From: the human T2T-CHM13v2.0 reference genome, Homo sapiens
Length of the DNA: 64,000 bases
Direction: 5' to 3' (one strand)
Assembly: GCF_009914755.1 (NCBI RefSeq)
Contig: NC_060930.1
Shown one piece after another: positions 31,534-45,290 of the stretch; the stretch's first letter is position 1; every line of letters begins with the position of its first letter. Under the pieces are notes generated by a model. The model did no database searches. It was not told where the DNA came from and was given only the letters and a program-made list of their open reading frames with translations. The position numbers and the translations under genes are program-made.

Positions 31534-31870
31534 CAGGGGCAGCTAACATTTTCTCGAAGGGCCAGACGCTAAATATTTTAGGCCTTTGTGAGTCGCATGG
31601 TTTGTCACCACTGCTCAACTCTGCCATTGTAGCACACGAGCAGCCACAGACAACACAGAAACAAATGGGCATGGCTGTCATCCAATGTAACTTTATTTAT
31701 GGACACTGAAATTTGATTGCCATATAAGGTTCATGGGTCACTAAATATTATCCTTCTTTTGATTTTTTTTCAATCACTCAGAATTGTAAGACCCATTTTT
31801 AAGTCATGAGTGGTACCGAAACCGGCAGCGGGCTGGATATGGCCCATGGGCCATACTTTGTGGACTCCTG
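31534..31870. mobile_element. MER58B-like hAT-Charlie element in the ADAT2 3'UTR
   Basis: CAGGGG...CTCCTG termini; 8-bp TSD CTCTAGA(C/T); AAGGGCCAGA..CTAAATATTTTAGGC. Confidence 0.8.
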
Positions 31871-31899
31871 CTCTAGATTCTCAAGTTCATGCTTCAACA

Positions 31900-32369
31900 T
31901 GTTAAAGAAAAATTTATTTTGACACTTGTTAAGGTAAGGAAGACTTAATTCAGGACTACAGTGATAGGTTTTAAAACTATCGCAGGTTTTAAAACTATCC
32001 CAACAAGAGGAAGAGATCAGGCTCAGCTCTGAATACAACCAGAACATGTGGGGGTTTATAACTAATGGGCAGAGTGAGGGGGTCAGTGATTAGGAAATTA
32101 CTAAGAGGAGATATCAAGAGTAGAGTTCTTGCAAAATGAACTTAACAGGCTTCTCGTTGAAGGGAGGCCAAGGACTTACACATCAAAAGTAGGGGATGAG
32201 AAATTTCATAGATATTGGGGATGTGGGATTCTCTCTAAACTAGCTTAGCAGGATTCTTGCTAAAGCTGGGCTGTATAGGCCCATCAAGAATGGGGGCCAA
32301 GGTGGAGGCCTGGTTAAAAAGAGGACTTAGGGCCTGACTGAAGTTTGGTCAAGGAGAGAGCCTTTGTCA
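31900..32369. mobile_element. MER31/MER67-like ERV1 solo LTR in the ADAT2 3'UTR
   Basis: TGTTAAAGAAAAA...TAAGGAAGACTT.ATTCAGGAC...CTTTGTCA termini. Confidence 0.7.
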
Positions 32370-33636
32370 AACTACACCATGAAGCCTCCTTAATAGTCAT
32401 GGATATGTGGTGTTCAACCCAATATCCACTTAGAAATCAGGTGATAAATAGTCACGAGCCTGTTTTCATTAGCTCAACTTGAAGAAAATGTAAGATCCTA
32501 AAGATGTCAAACTTTCAGCAGAACTCACCAGTCTAATCCATAAAAATCACGTCGCCCATCGCTCCTTTCCTCACTACACAAAATTAGCAATTTACAAAGG
32601 AAATAGTTGGCAGTTGTCTTCATAGATGAAGTCAATGTAGTCTTATTCCTTTGCCAAAAGGCAGAGAAACCAATTCCTGGTGTCTGGTTTCCCTGGGGCT
32701 ATAAGGCCAGTTCACGTAGGACCACTGGGAAAGACAAGCTTTGGCATCACCACAGATTTTTAACAAGGCGCTATACTACTTTTAAAAAAGATTTAAGTAA
32801 TTTTTTCAAGAGCTTTGGCTTTTGCTATTTTTACTGACATTTTGAAAGTAGCAGTGCTTACAACATTTTAAGTCTAGATGTCTCTATGGAAACCCAAGAT
32901 AACTCATATTTTATGACCAAATGACAACCTACCTAGAGTGTTTATCCCATTGGATCACCATAGGTCATCTGCAGTATCAGAAACATCTTAGGTCTATTTT
33001 CCAAAACCCTATCTTATCAGGCATAATGAAATTTATATAATTATTACTTTTGCTGAGGAGGAAATTAGGAAGGAAAGAATTTATTTCTCAGGCTTAATTT
33101 TGATGCTTATTAAGATATCACTATTTAAAACATTCTTATTAGAAAAATTTTTTTTATCAATTTTGGCAGACAGTAAAAGAGGAGGAATGCAATCAAATAA
33201 TTTAATAGTTGCTTTGAAATTTATGTCATTAATTTTCCTCCTCTCCTTTCCATCAGTGTCAAATACATTTTCTGTTTAAAATGTAACAGCTCCTCTTCCC
33301 ACAGACTGCTTATTCATTGCAACAGAGAAAAAAGGTAACTATATAGTGAAGGAATAGGACAACACCTTGACCAGATGACCAAAATTGACATCACCTTGGT
33401 GTGACGGCCTTTGTGTGCCTCCAGATGTGATATCCTGTGAGGAACTTAACATCAACCAGCACCTGAATCTAATCACAAGAAAATATCAAATAAATTTAAA
33501 ACAAGGACCATTCTATTATTTAAAAAAAGAAGAAGAAAACAGAAAGGAGGCAAAATGACTGTATTATTTAAAAATGTCAATGTCATAAAAGACAAAGAAA
33601 GCCAGTGAAAATGTTCTAGACTAAAAGAAGCTAAAG

Positions 33637-33930
33637 GCAGACCGGTGCAGTGGCTCACGTCTATAATCCCAGTGCTTTGGGAGGCCAAGGAAGGAGGATT
33701 GCTTCAGCCTAGGAGTTCAAGACCAGCCTGGGCAACATAGTGAGACCTTGTCTCTACAAAAAAAAAAAAAAAAAAAAATTAGGTGTGGTGACATGAGTCT
33801 GTGGTCCCAGCTACTCAGGAGGCTGAGGAGGAAGGATTGCTTGAGCCAGGTTGAGGCTGCAGTGAGCTGTGATCATGCCACTGGACGACAGAGTGAGACC
33901 TATCTCAAAAAAAAAAAAAAAAAAGAAAAA
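33637..33930 (+). mobile_element. AluJ within an old L1M fragment in the ADAT2 3'UTR
   Basis: J-type Alu with expanded middle A-tract and a right-arm deletion. Confidence 0.85.
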
Positions 33931-34126
33931 GCTGGATTCAAGACAAGTAAATGTAATGCTGGACCCTAGACTGGACCTGGGATTATAGGGTAGTGGGAGA
34001 ACTTCTTTACAGGACATTATTGGGTCAGCTGACAAAACTGTAATACAAATGATAGATTCAAGTATATCAATGTTAAATTTACTTAAGTCAATAACTATAC
34101 TGAAGCATTTCGGGGTAAAGGGCCAT

Positions 34127-34133
34127 GGTGTGT

Positions 34134-34186
<53 letters not shown>
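34127..34186. repeat. (TG)n microsatellite, followed by a short (TA)n
   Basis: Direct reading. Confidence 0.95.
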
Positions 34187-34188
<2 letters not shown>

Positions 34189-35502
34189 TTTATATATATA
34201 TACTTTTCCCAGTAAAAAGTTTAAAGAAAAATTAAGAGTTCTTGCCTACACTGAAGCTCTTGGCCATCTATTTTCTCTCCATGATACTCCAAATACAACA
34301 CAGGAAGAGATGGTTGTGCCAAGTAACAAGAAAGCACAAAGATATTTTAACATGATCTTTTATCAGTGATTGAAGCCTACCAAAGCATTACATACCACCC
34401 ATTCTCCACAGTTTGTTGCAAAGACCAGCAAACACTGGATAACTCTAGCAGCTTCTAAATGTAATCATTTCCCCCTAATTTCTCTCAACAGGGCAGTGAT
34501 TCTAAAACCTTTTTGTATCTCACCACTTTCAGAACTATTTTGTACACAAAACAAGTCTTTCAGCTGGTGTCTTGGACAGGCACTATCAGTATCAATCAAT
34601 GGAATTCAAGCTGTTGAACTAGGACATCTTAATATTTTAACCCGTGTCTAAGTAGCTGGGGAATGTGGTACTCAGGAAGCTGAATGACCTCAACATATAT
34701 CCATAATTCCTCACTGTCACTTGGAAATTGCTAGCAGAATTCCATAGAGCTAATGTCTATGACACCCTCAGTGGTCCTGCCCTCCAATCTGCAGTATGCC
34801 ATATTAATGATTTTCTCCCAAAGCGATGGAGGGAACTGTGCCCCAGTCCAAACATTTAGGACAGATTTTCGATAGGTTAATTACTGAAGAGGGAACCAAA
34901 AAGATGGTAAACCACAATTAAATTGTTCAGCTATGCTTCAGAATCAGGAAACACTACTTATCCATCATTCTCCAAAACAGCAAAGACGGAACATATGTAT
35001 ATTGTTAAGTCTTTTCTATCCTTCCCTGTCTATCACTTTATTATTTCCTTCATTCTTTTAGTAGCGACAGTCTCTGGGCTAGAATGCTCATATACTATTT
35101 TCGGCTTTGGCTTTTTGTCCTAGATAGTCTTCTTATTCACTTTTCCCCAAATTTCAATCAGTAATTTCATTTAGCAAATGTTTACCAAGAACCTACTGGA
35201 CATAAGATGCTCAGCCAGACTTACTGGGTGGTACTCTAGAGAGGCAAAACTCCAGGTTGGTTGTCCTACAAATAATCCCCAAGAAAATGATATGAACACA
35301 ATAAATGCAATGAAATCTGCTTGCAGGAAAGCATAAGAAGCCAGAAATGAATTACGACCAACTGCAAAAAGGAACAAACTAGTAGAAGCACTAAAATTCA
35401 ATGAGAAGATAATTTTTAAAGTGGATGAAATTGAAGGTGCATGTAACATTATCACAGATTTAAAATCATGCATATTCTCCATAAAACTTTTCAAATGCAG
35501 TT

Positions 35503-35504
<2 letters not shown>

Positions 35505-35547
<43 letters not shown>
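35505..35547. repeat. (AC)n microsatellite
   Basis: Direct reading. Confidence 0.95.
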
Positions 35548-35550
<3 letters not shown>

Positions 35551-36247
35551 CCAAGCAATTATAAGTCCTCTGAAGCATGTAACTGTGATTAGCTGCTACT
35601 CTCAGCAATATAAAAATACTTTCACCACAATTACATTCCAGCCTGTAATGTAATTCAAAACAAACAAGTCAGAGACATCGCTCAAATGACAGAACCAACA
35701 AATACAGATGCTTTGCATCAAGGAAATGAATCTACTGAAGAAATGCAACTGAGGAGCAGCAGCCCCTCCAGGGCCTGGAGCTGAGCTTCTGGTGGAACGG
35801 CGAGGCCCCCTTCTGGGCAGAGGCACACAGTGCGCCCAGAGGGCTGTGCAAAGCTGCCCTGTAGTCATGGAGGTGAACTGGGGACTTCCTGCTGTGGTTA
35901 CCCTTTCCAGTGTTGTGTTCAAAATTTTACATTTTAGATTTTAAATTTATTATATGGATTATAAAAGAAATAACCATTTGTTTCAGATTAAATTGATCAT
36001 TCTATTTTTCAGTCAGCATTCTCACCACCAAATGGCACCTATCCCCTTTACCCTGTGTTCCTTTTGCTTTTTGCCATAACTCTTATTGTCCTCCAATAAA
36101 CTGTGTAATCTATCATATCCATCTCCCCTTGCTAGAATATAAGCTCCATGAGGGTGGGATAATTTGGTTTTTTGCTCAATAACAATTGTCCCATTTATGT
36201 CTTTATCTTTTAAGACTATTCATCTTCAAATAAGACATAAATAAGGT

Positions 36248-36253
36248 TTTATT
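36248..36253 (-). terminator. Candidate proximal poly(A) signal (AATAAA) of ADAT2
   Basis: Plus-strand TTTATT ~620 nt after the stop codon; usage not demonstrable from sequence. Confidence 0.35.
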
Positions 36254-36874
36254 ATAGCAATATGCTATAATTTTTAAGTGACAACTCAAGCACTTGTTTT
36301 AAAAGTATGCATTTTTTCTAAATGCTTTATAAAAGCAAAGTCTTTTCTAAGGACCATATAATTATGGTCTCTATATACACAACTTATATACAATTTAGAG
36401 AGAAGTCACAGCCCCCAGTGCCCTGGAAGAACATCGTAGCTGCAAAAAATGAAGAATCTGATTCTGAAATGCCAGTCCTGGAGAAGGTGTTCTCAGGGTG
36501 GCAAACTGCAGTCCAAACACACTCCAGGTCCCTGGGTCTGGCCACACATTCTCTAAGAAGTCAGCACTTGCCTGGACTGGGCACTTGTGGCTAGAAGGGT
36601 ATGCACTACTTGCTAATTTCTAAAACCTCAAACCTTAATTTTCCCCCATCTTAAAATGGGAATCAGCTTCTGGAAAAGCTAATAACTGTTTACAATTGTC
36701 AGACTTCTAAAAAGTGCTAATTTGTTCCCTTAACAGAGCAAATGATGAGAGACACCATTTTCCTGCAGATTAAAAACAATATATAAACATATGATTCAAC
36801 GATGTCAACAGCTTTCAGTCTATGAATCTTGTCCAGGTCACTTTGGGTCACTTGGTTCTTTCATCAGAACATGT

Positions 36875-36918
36875 TCAAGATTTCTGACATTCCTTTTTCC
36901 GAACTTTCGATTTTGGTG
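36875..36918 (-). CDS. ADAT2: ADAT2 coding exon 6 ((A)PKSKVRKKECQKS*)
   Basis: Pyrimidine tract plus CACAG acceptor; TGA at 36877-36875; the six exons sum to 576 nt = 191 aa + stop. Confidence 0.95.
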
Positions 36919-36964
36919 CTGTGAAAAGAATAGAAAAGAAAAAGAAAATGAAGAGGTAAGCTCA

Positions 36965-37180
<216 letters not shown>

Positions 37181-38689
37181 TTATGTAAACAGATTTCAGA
37201 TGTTAATAAACTTTGGGGATATTAGTAACATGGGTAAGGAGGTACACTTCCAAAAGATGTTTGATATATCATCTTTTTCATTACTCCCAATCAACTGTTA
37301 TTAGGCATCACTCCCAATCAACTGTTATTCATCCATTAACTATTATAGAAGTTACCAGCTTTGTGATCTTGGGTTAGGCACTTAAACTCTCCATGCCTTA
37401 TTTATACAATGCTGGCAATAATAGCACTTACTTCAGGGGATTTTGTGAGGATTAAGTGAGATAATACCTGTTAAATACCAGGCACATCATAAGTGCTCAT
37501 TAAGCATTAGTTATTTTTATCTGCTCCTATTTACTAGTGGTCCATTAAGCATTCCATGCTATAGAGCTAGGGTTGGCAAATTATACTTGGTGGACCAAAT
37601 CTGTTCCATAGCTGAGAACTGTGAGCTAAGAATGGTTTTTATATCTTAAAAGCTTTGTTAAAGAAAAAAAAAGACTAGGTGACAGAGATGTAAGCGGCTC
37701 ACAAAGGGTGAAATATTTACTAGTTAACCCTTTGCAGAAAAAGTTTATCAACCCTTGCTACAGAGGATTTTAAAAAATAAAATACAGCTTGTTCTATCTT
37801 TAGCATCTAACTGGGGAAAAGAAATCATAACATGTGAAAGAATAAATAAGAAATTGTGCTAACAGTAAGGAGTGTTATATGAAATATTACCTGAAGAACA
37901 TGAAACTTGAACTTGCCTTAGAGATAGAGAATATTTAAAGAGGCTAAGCAGAGCATTTCAGGGAAAGGGCAAGAAGAAGCCTGGGTTGTGTGTGAGGAAA
38001 TCAGCTGACAGAGGAGGAGACTATTAAGGAAGCATAAGGAAAGAAAGACAAAAAATTGGGGTAAAAATATGTACGGCTTTGAAAGCTTGTCAGAAGAGTT
38101 TGGACTTAAAACCAAGCACCCTTCTGAAGTGCATGAAGTGACACAATGAGCATCTGGAAGGAAGGAGCCAGAAAGCATAGGCACAGAGGACAGGAGGACC
38201 AGCTACTGTGAGATGCTGTTCAGAACGAACCTCCCATTCTCCTGTGTCTTCAGTCTGCCCTTGCCTGGGCCTCCGACACCTGCATAAACCTTCGCCATAA
38301 CAAATAACCTTCCATCCACCCTGTCCCGTCAAAGGCTGACACCCTGCTCCTGCCTTCACTCCTCAGTGGCCTCATCTTCACTGGCTTGAGTTCCCAGCAC
38401 TTCACTGAGTCTGCCCTCTCAGAAATCCCCAGGTCCCTACTGACCAAAACACTTGCCTCCTTTCAGATTCCTCAACTCTGCAGTCCTGGAGGCAACTGGC
38501 CACACCTGCTCTGTCTGACCGCTCTTGCCTCCCTTGGCTTCTCAGCATTTTACCATCCTAACCACTGCCAGCCAGTCCCGTCACAGCTGCCCCCTGCTTC
38601 CTGCTGTGTTAAGTGCTGGAGCTCCCCAGAGGTCCCCCTCCACTCCACTCGCACACTCAGAGCCCTCTCCTCTTACGTGGGATGAGAGC

Positions 38690-38857
38690 AGTGGTTCTCA
38701 ACCATTGCTGCTCAGGAGAACCAGTTGGAACTCTCTGGAAACACAGCACTGTTGGCCCCCTGCCTTCTGATTCAGATGGTCTGGGGCAGGGACTGAGCAG
38801 AGTCAGGCACAGAAGCCTCCAGGTGATTCTAACGGGCAGTCCGGGATGAGAACTGCT
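38690..38857. mobile_element. MER5-like hAT element
   Basis: CAGTGGTTCTCAA...TTCTGATTCAG..GGTCTGGG...CCAGGTGATTCT...TGAGAACTGCTG. Confidence 0.7.
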
Positions 38858-38982
38858 GAGTTACAGGCCTCGAAGGAAACTGCACCGCCCTAACACACCA
38901 ATATAATATATTATTTACATTTTCAAGTATCCATTATAGCAACAAATTTGTGGTGTTAATAAAAAGCAAACATTCATAATAA

Positions 38983-39275
38983 TTTTTTTTTTTGAGACAG
39001 TCTCACTCTGTCGCCCAGGCTGGAGTGCAGTGGCGCAATCTCGGCTCACTCACTGCGAGCTCTGCCTCCCGGGTTCAGGCCATTCTCCTGCCTCGGCCTC
39101 CCAAGTAGCTGGGATCACAGGCGCCCGCCACCATGCCCGGCTAATTTTTTGTATTTTTAGTAGAGACGGGGTTTCACCATGTTAGCCAGGATGGTCTCGA
39201 TCTCCTGACCTCATGATCTGCCCGCCTTGGCCTCCCAAAGTGCTGGGATTACAGGCATGAGCCACTGCACCCAGC
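38983..39275 (-). mobile_element. AluY/Sc in ADAT2 intron 4
   Basis: Antisense Alu, GTTAGCCAGGATGGTCTCGATCTCCTGACCTC. Confidence 0.9.
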
Positions 39276-40850
39276 CATAAAACAAAAATTTTAAAAAACA
39301 GAGCAGGTGTTATAATTAATCACCATCTTCTTTGAAAAGAATAGTTCTGTAGGCCTCTAGAAATTTTAATGCTGCTTATAATACAGCATGAAAAGAATCT
39401 GCAATTCTGCAGTAAGAAACAGTATCCCACCTCCCAATCACCTGCTGCCTCCTAAGCCCAGACGAATTAAAAAAAAAGAATACCCAGCATTCAGAGCCTG
39501 GGCCACCACTGTTCTCCTTAGAATCTAAAAGCACCTTTAAAAAAACCATAATTTGGCATTCAGCCTGGAGATATGGCTGCAAGCCACAGGCATTGATTTG
39601 CAGCTGAGCCGATGTGGCTAGGTATATACACTGCAAATGAACTTGTTTTGGTTCTGCTGCATCGACTACAAAGATGTGTGAGAAAGGACTGTGTTTGTGC
39701 CCTCATGTCACTGACATGTTGGAGAGAAATATTCCACCCATGTATGACATCAAAAGACTCATCTTTGTTCTGCCCAGAAACTGAAAAATTATTTAGATCA
39801 TTCTCATAAAGGAAATATGGAGTCAGCAATTCATTTGCAAAGAGTTATGTAAGCAAAATTTGAGCTACTAACAGAAGTGATTGGAAAAATCAAATCACTT
39901 TCCAAATGTCTTTAATGATCAAACCAATTGTATCCTTTACTCTCCATCATTGCATTACAATTTCTTTTCTGATGTAATGTTAAACAGCATTTATTCTCAA
40001 ATGCACAGAAGTTGATAGGAAAGCTAATGTTGAGCTAGAAAACTCAAGAACGTTTTAAAAACTCGTTCTCAGTGAGACTCAGCCAAATTTAGTCCTTCAT
40101 AGGTCCTTAAAGTATTCTAGGAACCCCTGAGGTTTTTGAAGTGAACTGCCCAGCCATATCCAGCATCTGTTAAAGCTTTTTCTTTTTAAAGCACAATACT
40201 TTTACATTAACCTTACATCTTGGAGAGAAAAACAATCAAACCAATTAATGAAAGTAGGGGTATAGTCACAGGCCAAACTCTGAAATACAAATTCCTTTTG
40301 TTCATAGTCTGACCCATAAAAACTTTGGGAGAAGTGGCAAGATTAAACGGAAAGGAGAATTTCTAGGAGACTAAAGACATGGATTCTTAAGTCTGGGGGA
40401 AATTTCAACATTAAAAAGACACACAAAAAAAGACATGAAAATACAGTGATTGCTAGATACTAAAATAAGGATGTGGCAATCAAGCAAAATGATTAAATTT
40501 GTACAAAAATATTGTGTGTGCTGTAAATAGTCTCTAGCGTCACTGACACAGGCCAAGCATCACCAAACTTGGTAGAGCATAGAGCTGGTAACGTTCATTG
40601 AATAAAAACTCCAACAGCGAGAGTGTCTTCAGGCATACCTAACGGTGTTGGTGAAGAGTGTTCGGAGTCAGCTGCGAAGGGTGGACTCTCCTTCAGGAGG
40701 GAGTCTGTTAATGAAGAGAGGTAGGCACTCATCTAGAAACTCTTCCCTGTCATCTTATACTGAGGCATAAATGAACTCCACCAGAGGCCCTGAGATCAAA
40801 GATGTCTGATTCTATCATCGTTTCTTCGTATACTGGCCACACACTAGTTA

Positions 40851-42447
<1,597 letters not shown>

Positions 42448-44630
42448 TTACAAATATACAAAAACTAAGTACAAAATATGCGCCTATCCTTTCTGCCAAT
42501 ATTTTAATGAATACAGTTTCAAGACACCCTTAGCAGTGGACAACGTATTCCCCAATTCAAGTACCATAACCTCACTTGCGAAAGATATCTAATCAGAGAT
42601 GCCACAGGAATCATGCTGTATTTTTAGTTAAGTACCTAAGTACCTTAGGGAAAACTCTTTCAATTAAAATGCCATGGAGAAGGTAAGTCTAAAAAACAAA
42701 GAAAAAAAGATAAAGTCTATGGTTTCTGAATATTTCAGGGGAAGCAAAATTTTCATAAGCTTGTGCTCTAGTTTCAAATATATTTTCAAGGCTGTCACTG
42801 ACCTCACTCCAAGCAAATCTACATTAAGTTCACTGGAATGTCATCTCTTACACTTTTGGGGAATGAGGTTTTATATACTGGAAGACTCTAGAGAAGTAGA
42901 GATTTGGTATTGGTTTCAGACACTTCATGGGAAGCAGTAGAGGATAGGAGAAATCACATAGCATGTGGAAGTGACTCCATTTAAATTTGAATTTTGACAG
43001 TGACATTACCAATTATGTGGACTTACGCAAGTAACTTAACTTCTGTAAGTCTAGGATTCCCCATATGTAAAATGGTATACACTGGTATCTACACTTATAA
43101 ACCTTATAAATCTGAATTACATGAAGCATGGTGCCACATAATACTACACATGTACTCTGCTAGCTCTTGTCTCCTTTTCTTTCTCCCTTACTAAAATAGC
43201 TTAAAGTGAATCATAGATTCTATATGGAATAATTATTTATAATATTCATGACAATAGTATTTATCAATAATTTACACTGAGTATTAACCATGCACAAGCC
43301 ACTGGGCTAAATAAATTCTGTGTAGGATAAAAAGTCTCTGTCCTCAACAAGCATAAAATCTGGTAGGGCTCATTTACCTGTGAGATAGGGCAGGGTATGA
43401 AAAGTGCTAGCACAGTGGCCCAAGATGCCATGGAAGCTAGAGGCAGATGGGAGCAGAGCTGGCCAAGGGGCTACATGGGTGAATCACAGAACTAATTACC
43501 AGAGATGGAAGGTACTTTACAGAAGAGGTTCCCAAACCTGGCTGCACACCAAAACTAAGTGGAGAGTTTAAAAAAAAAAAAAAAAAAAAGGTTTCCCCAA
43601 CTTAGGTGCTTTCAAAAAATCAGATTTAGAATTATGGAATCAAATCTCCCTACAGCTCTCAATAAACAATTGCTGAACTCAATCATCTCAGTCAACTCTC
43701 TTACTACTAAAGAAAAAGAAGCTAAGCAAAGCTGGCATGTGTTAATCACATACAGCTGGGAGAGGAGGTGGTGGTGGCGACTGGGTAGTGGTGGTGGTAT
43801 CAGATCCAAAAGTAGAACTCAGGTCTTCTCATTTGGGGTCAAGAGTCTTTCTATGCTGTAGTTATAGAGTAATCTTCTTTATGACACGGAATAACAAAAT
43901 AAACCCAGGTTAATTTCAGCATATAGAAGAAACCCCGGTCACTGGATGGGGTTAGATGGGTATTGTTAGGACAGTCAAAGTTCTCATCTTAAGACATCAT
44001 ACACAAAATGCAAATTGGAAAATTTGACCACGATTTAAAATACAGAATTCTACTCCTAAATAAGTATCTATACATTCATTAATTGCTGTATTATGTTTAT
44101 TACTTATCTCATGTTTTAATATCCTCTTAATAACTGCTTTGTGATTCAACATGAATGTAATTAAAACATTTTTAAAAATTCTTCAAAACATCTTTTTCAA
44201 AAAGAATTTTTGTATGTTTTACAGTATTTTAAATTGATATTTAAAATTATGTCATTTTTCAACAAACATCAGCTAATTGTTTGCAGAGGTATGTGTACAT
44301 GCTTCTGTTTTTTTCTAACTGAAAAGGTAACGGCTAATTTAAAAATGTTAATTCTATATGGGAATGACTACCCTGGCAGTTATAATACTTCTCAGTGTTA
44401 TAATGGTAATTATTTTAACATTGTTTGAAATTATTGCACATGTGAGTTAAAATTAAAAGACTGTATATATTTGTATATTGTTACATGATTTATATGAAAG
44501 AAAACTGTCTGGAAGAATATGGCAAAATTTTAATAGTTCTGCATAGAGAAATGAGATAGAACTGCTTCTACTTTCTGTATTTGAAATTTTAAAAAGGTAT
44601 TTCAAAATGAGCATTTAAACAACAAAGAAG

Positions 44631-45290
44631 GCCCTGACAGTGGCTGAACTCCCCCAGCAGATGTCTGATGCTAAGAACATGATGGCTGCCTATGACCCCC
44701 AGTATGGCCTCTATCTAACAGAGGCTGCCATTTTCAGGGGCTGGATGTCCATGAGGGAGGTAGAGGAGAAAATGCTTCATGTCCAAACCAAGAACAGCAG
44801 CTACTTTGCTGACTGGATCCCCTACAATGGGAAAACAGCTTTCTGGGACATCCCATCCGCAGGACTAAAAACGTCCACCACTTTCATCAGTAACAACACG
44901 GCCATCCAGGAGCTGCTCAGAGACGTCTCAGAGCAGTTCACAGCCATGTTCAGGTGCAAGGCCTTCCTGCACTGGTACATGGGCGAGGGCAAGAATGAGA
45001 TGGAATTCACTGGGGCCGAGAGCAACATGAATGACCTGGTATCAGAGTACCAACAGTATCAGGATGCCACTGTTGAGGAGGAGGGAGAGTCTGAGGAGTG
45101 GACTGAGGAAATGGGGGCGTAGAGCCTTCTGTTACTGGGTTAAGGGCGGGGGTGGTATGAATTCTTCATTTGCCCACAATGTGTTCTGTGATAGTCATGT
45201 CTGTGTGGGCACTTGCTGTTCTTGCTGTGTGTTCACCTCTATTAAAGCATTTCCATAGTAAAAAAAATAAATAAATAAATAAAAATTAAA
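44631..45290 (+). pseudogene. TUBB8P2: 5'-truncated processed beta-tubulin pseudogene (TUBB8/TUBB4B-like), antisense in ADAT2 intron 2; symbol from memory of the locus
   Basis: Tubulin C-terminal third (ALTVAEL...[32 protein letters not shown]), TAG at 45120-45122, 3'UTR, ATTAAA 45241-45246, A-rich tail. Confidence 0.92.

Larger units (their letters stand above)
31240..36874 (-). other. ADAT2: ADAT2 long 3'UTR (distal end approximate)
   Basis: Follows the stop codon; minus-strand AATAAA at 31265-31260 fits the remembered gene span of ~28 kb. Confidence 0.65.

Noticed and set aside
35750-35910. GC-rich patch in the ADAT2 3'UTR with CTCF-like sequence
   Set aside because: Only a partial motif match; cannot be called from sequence alone
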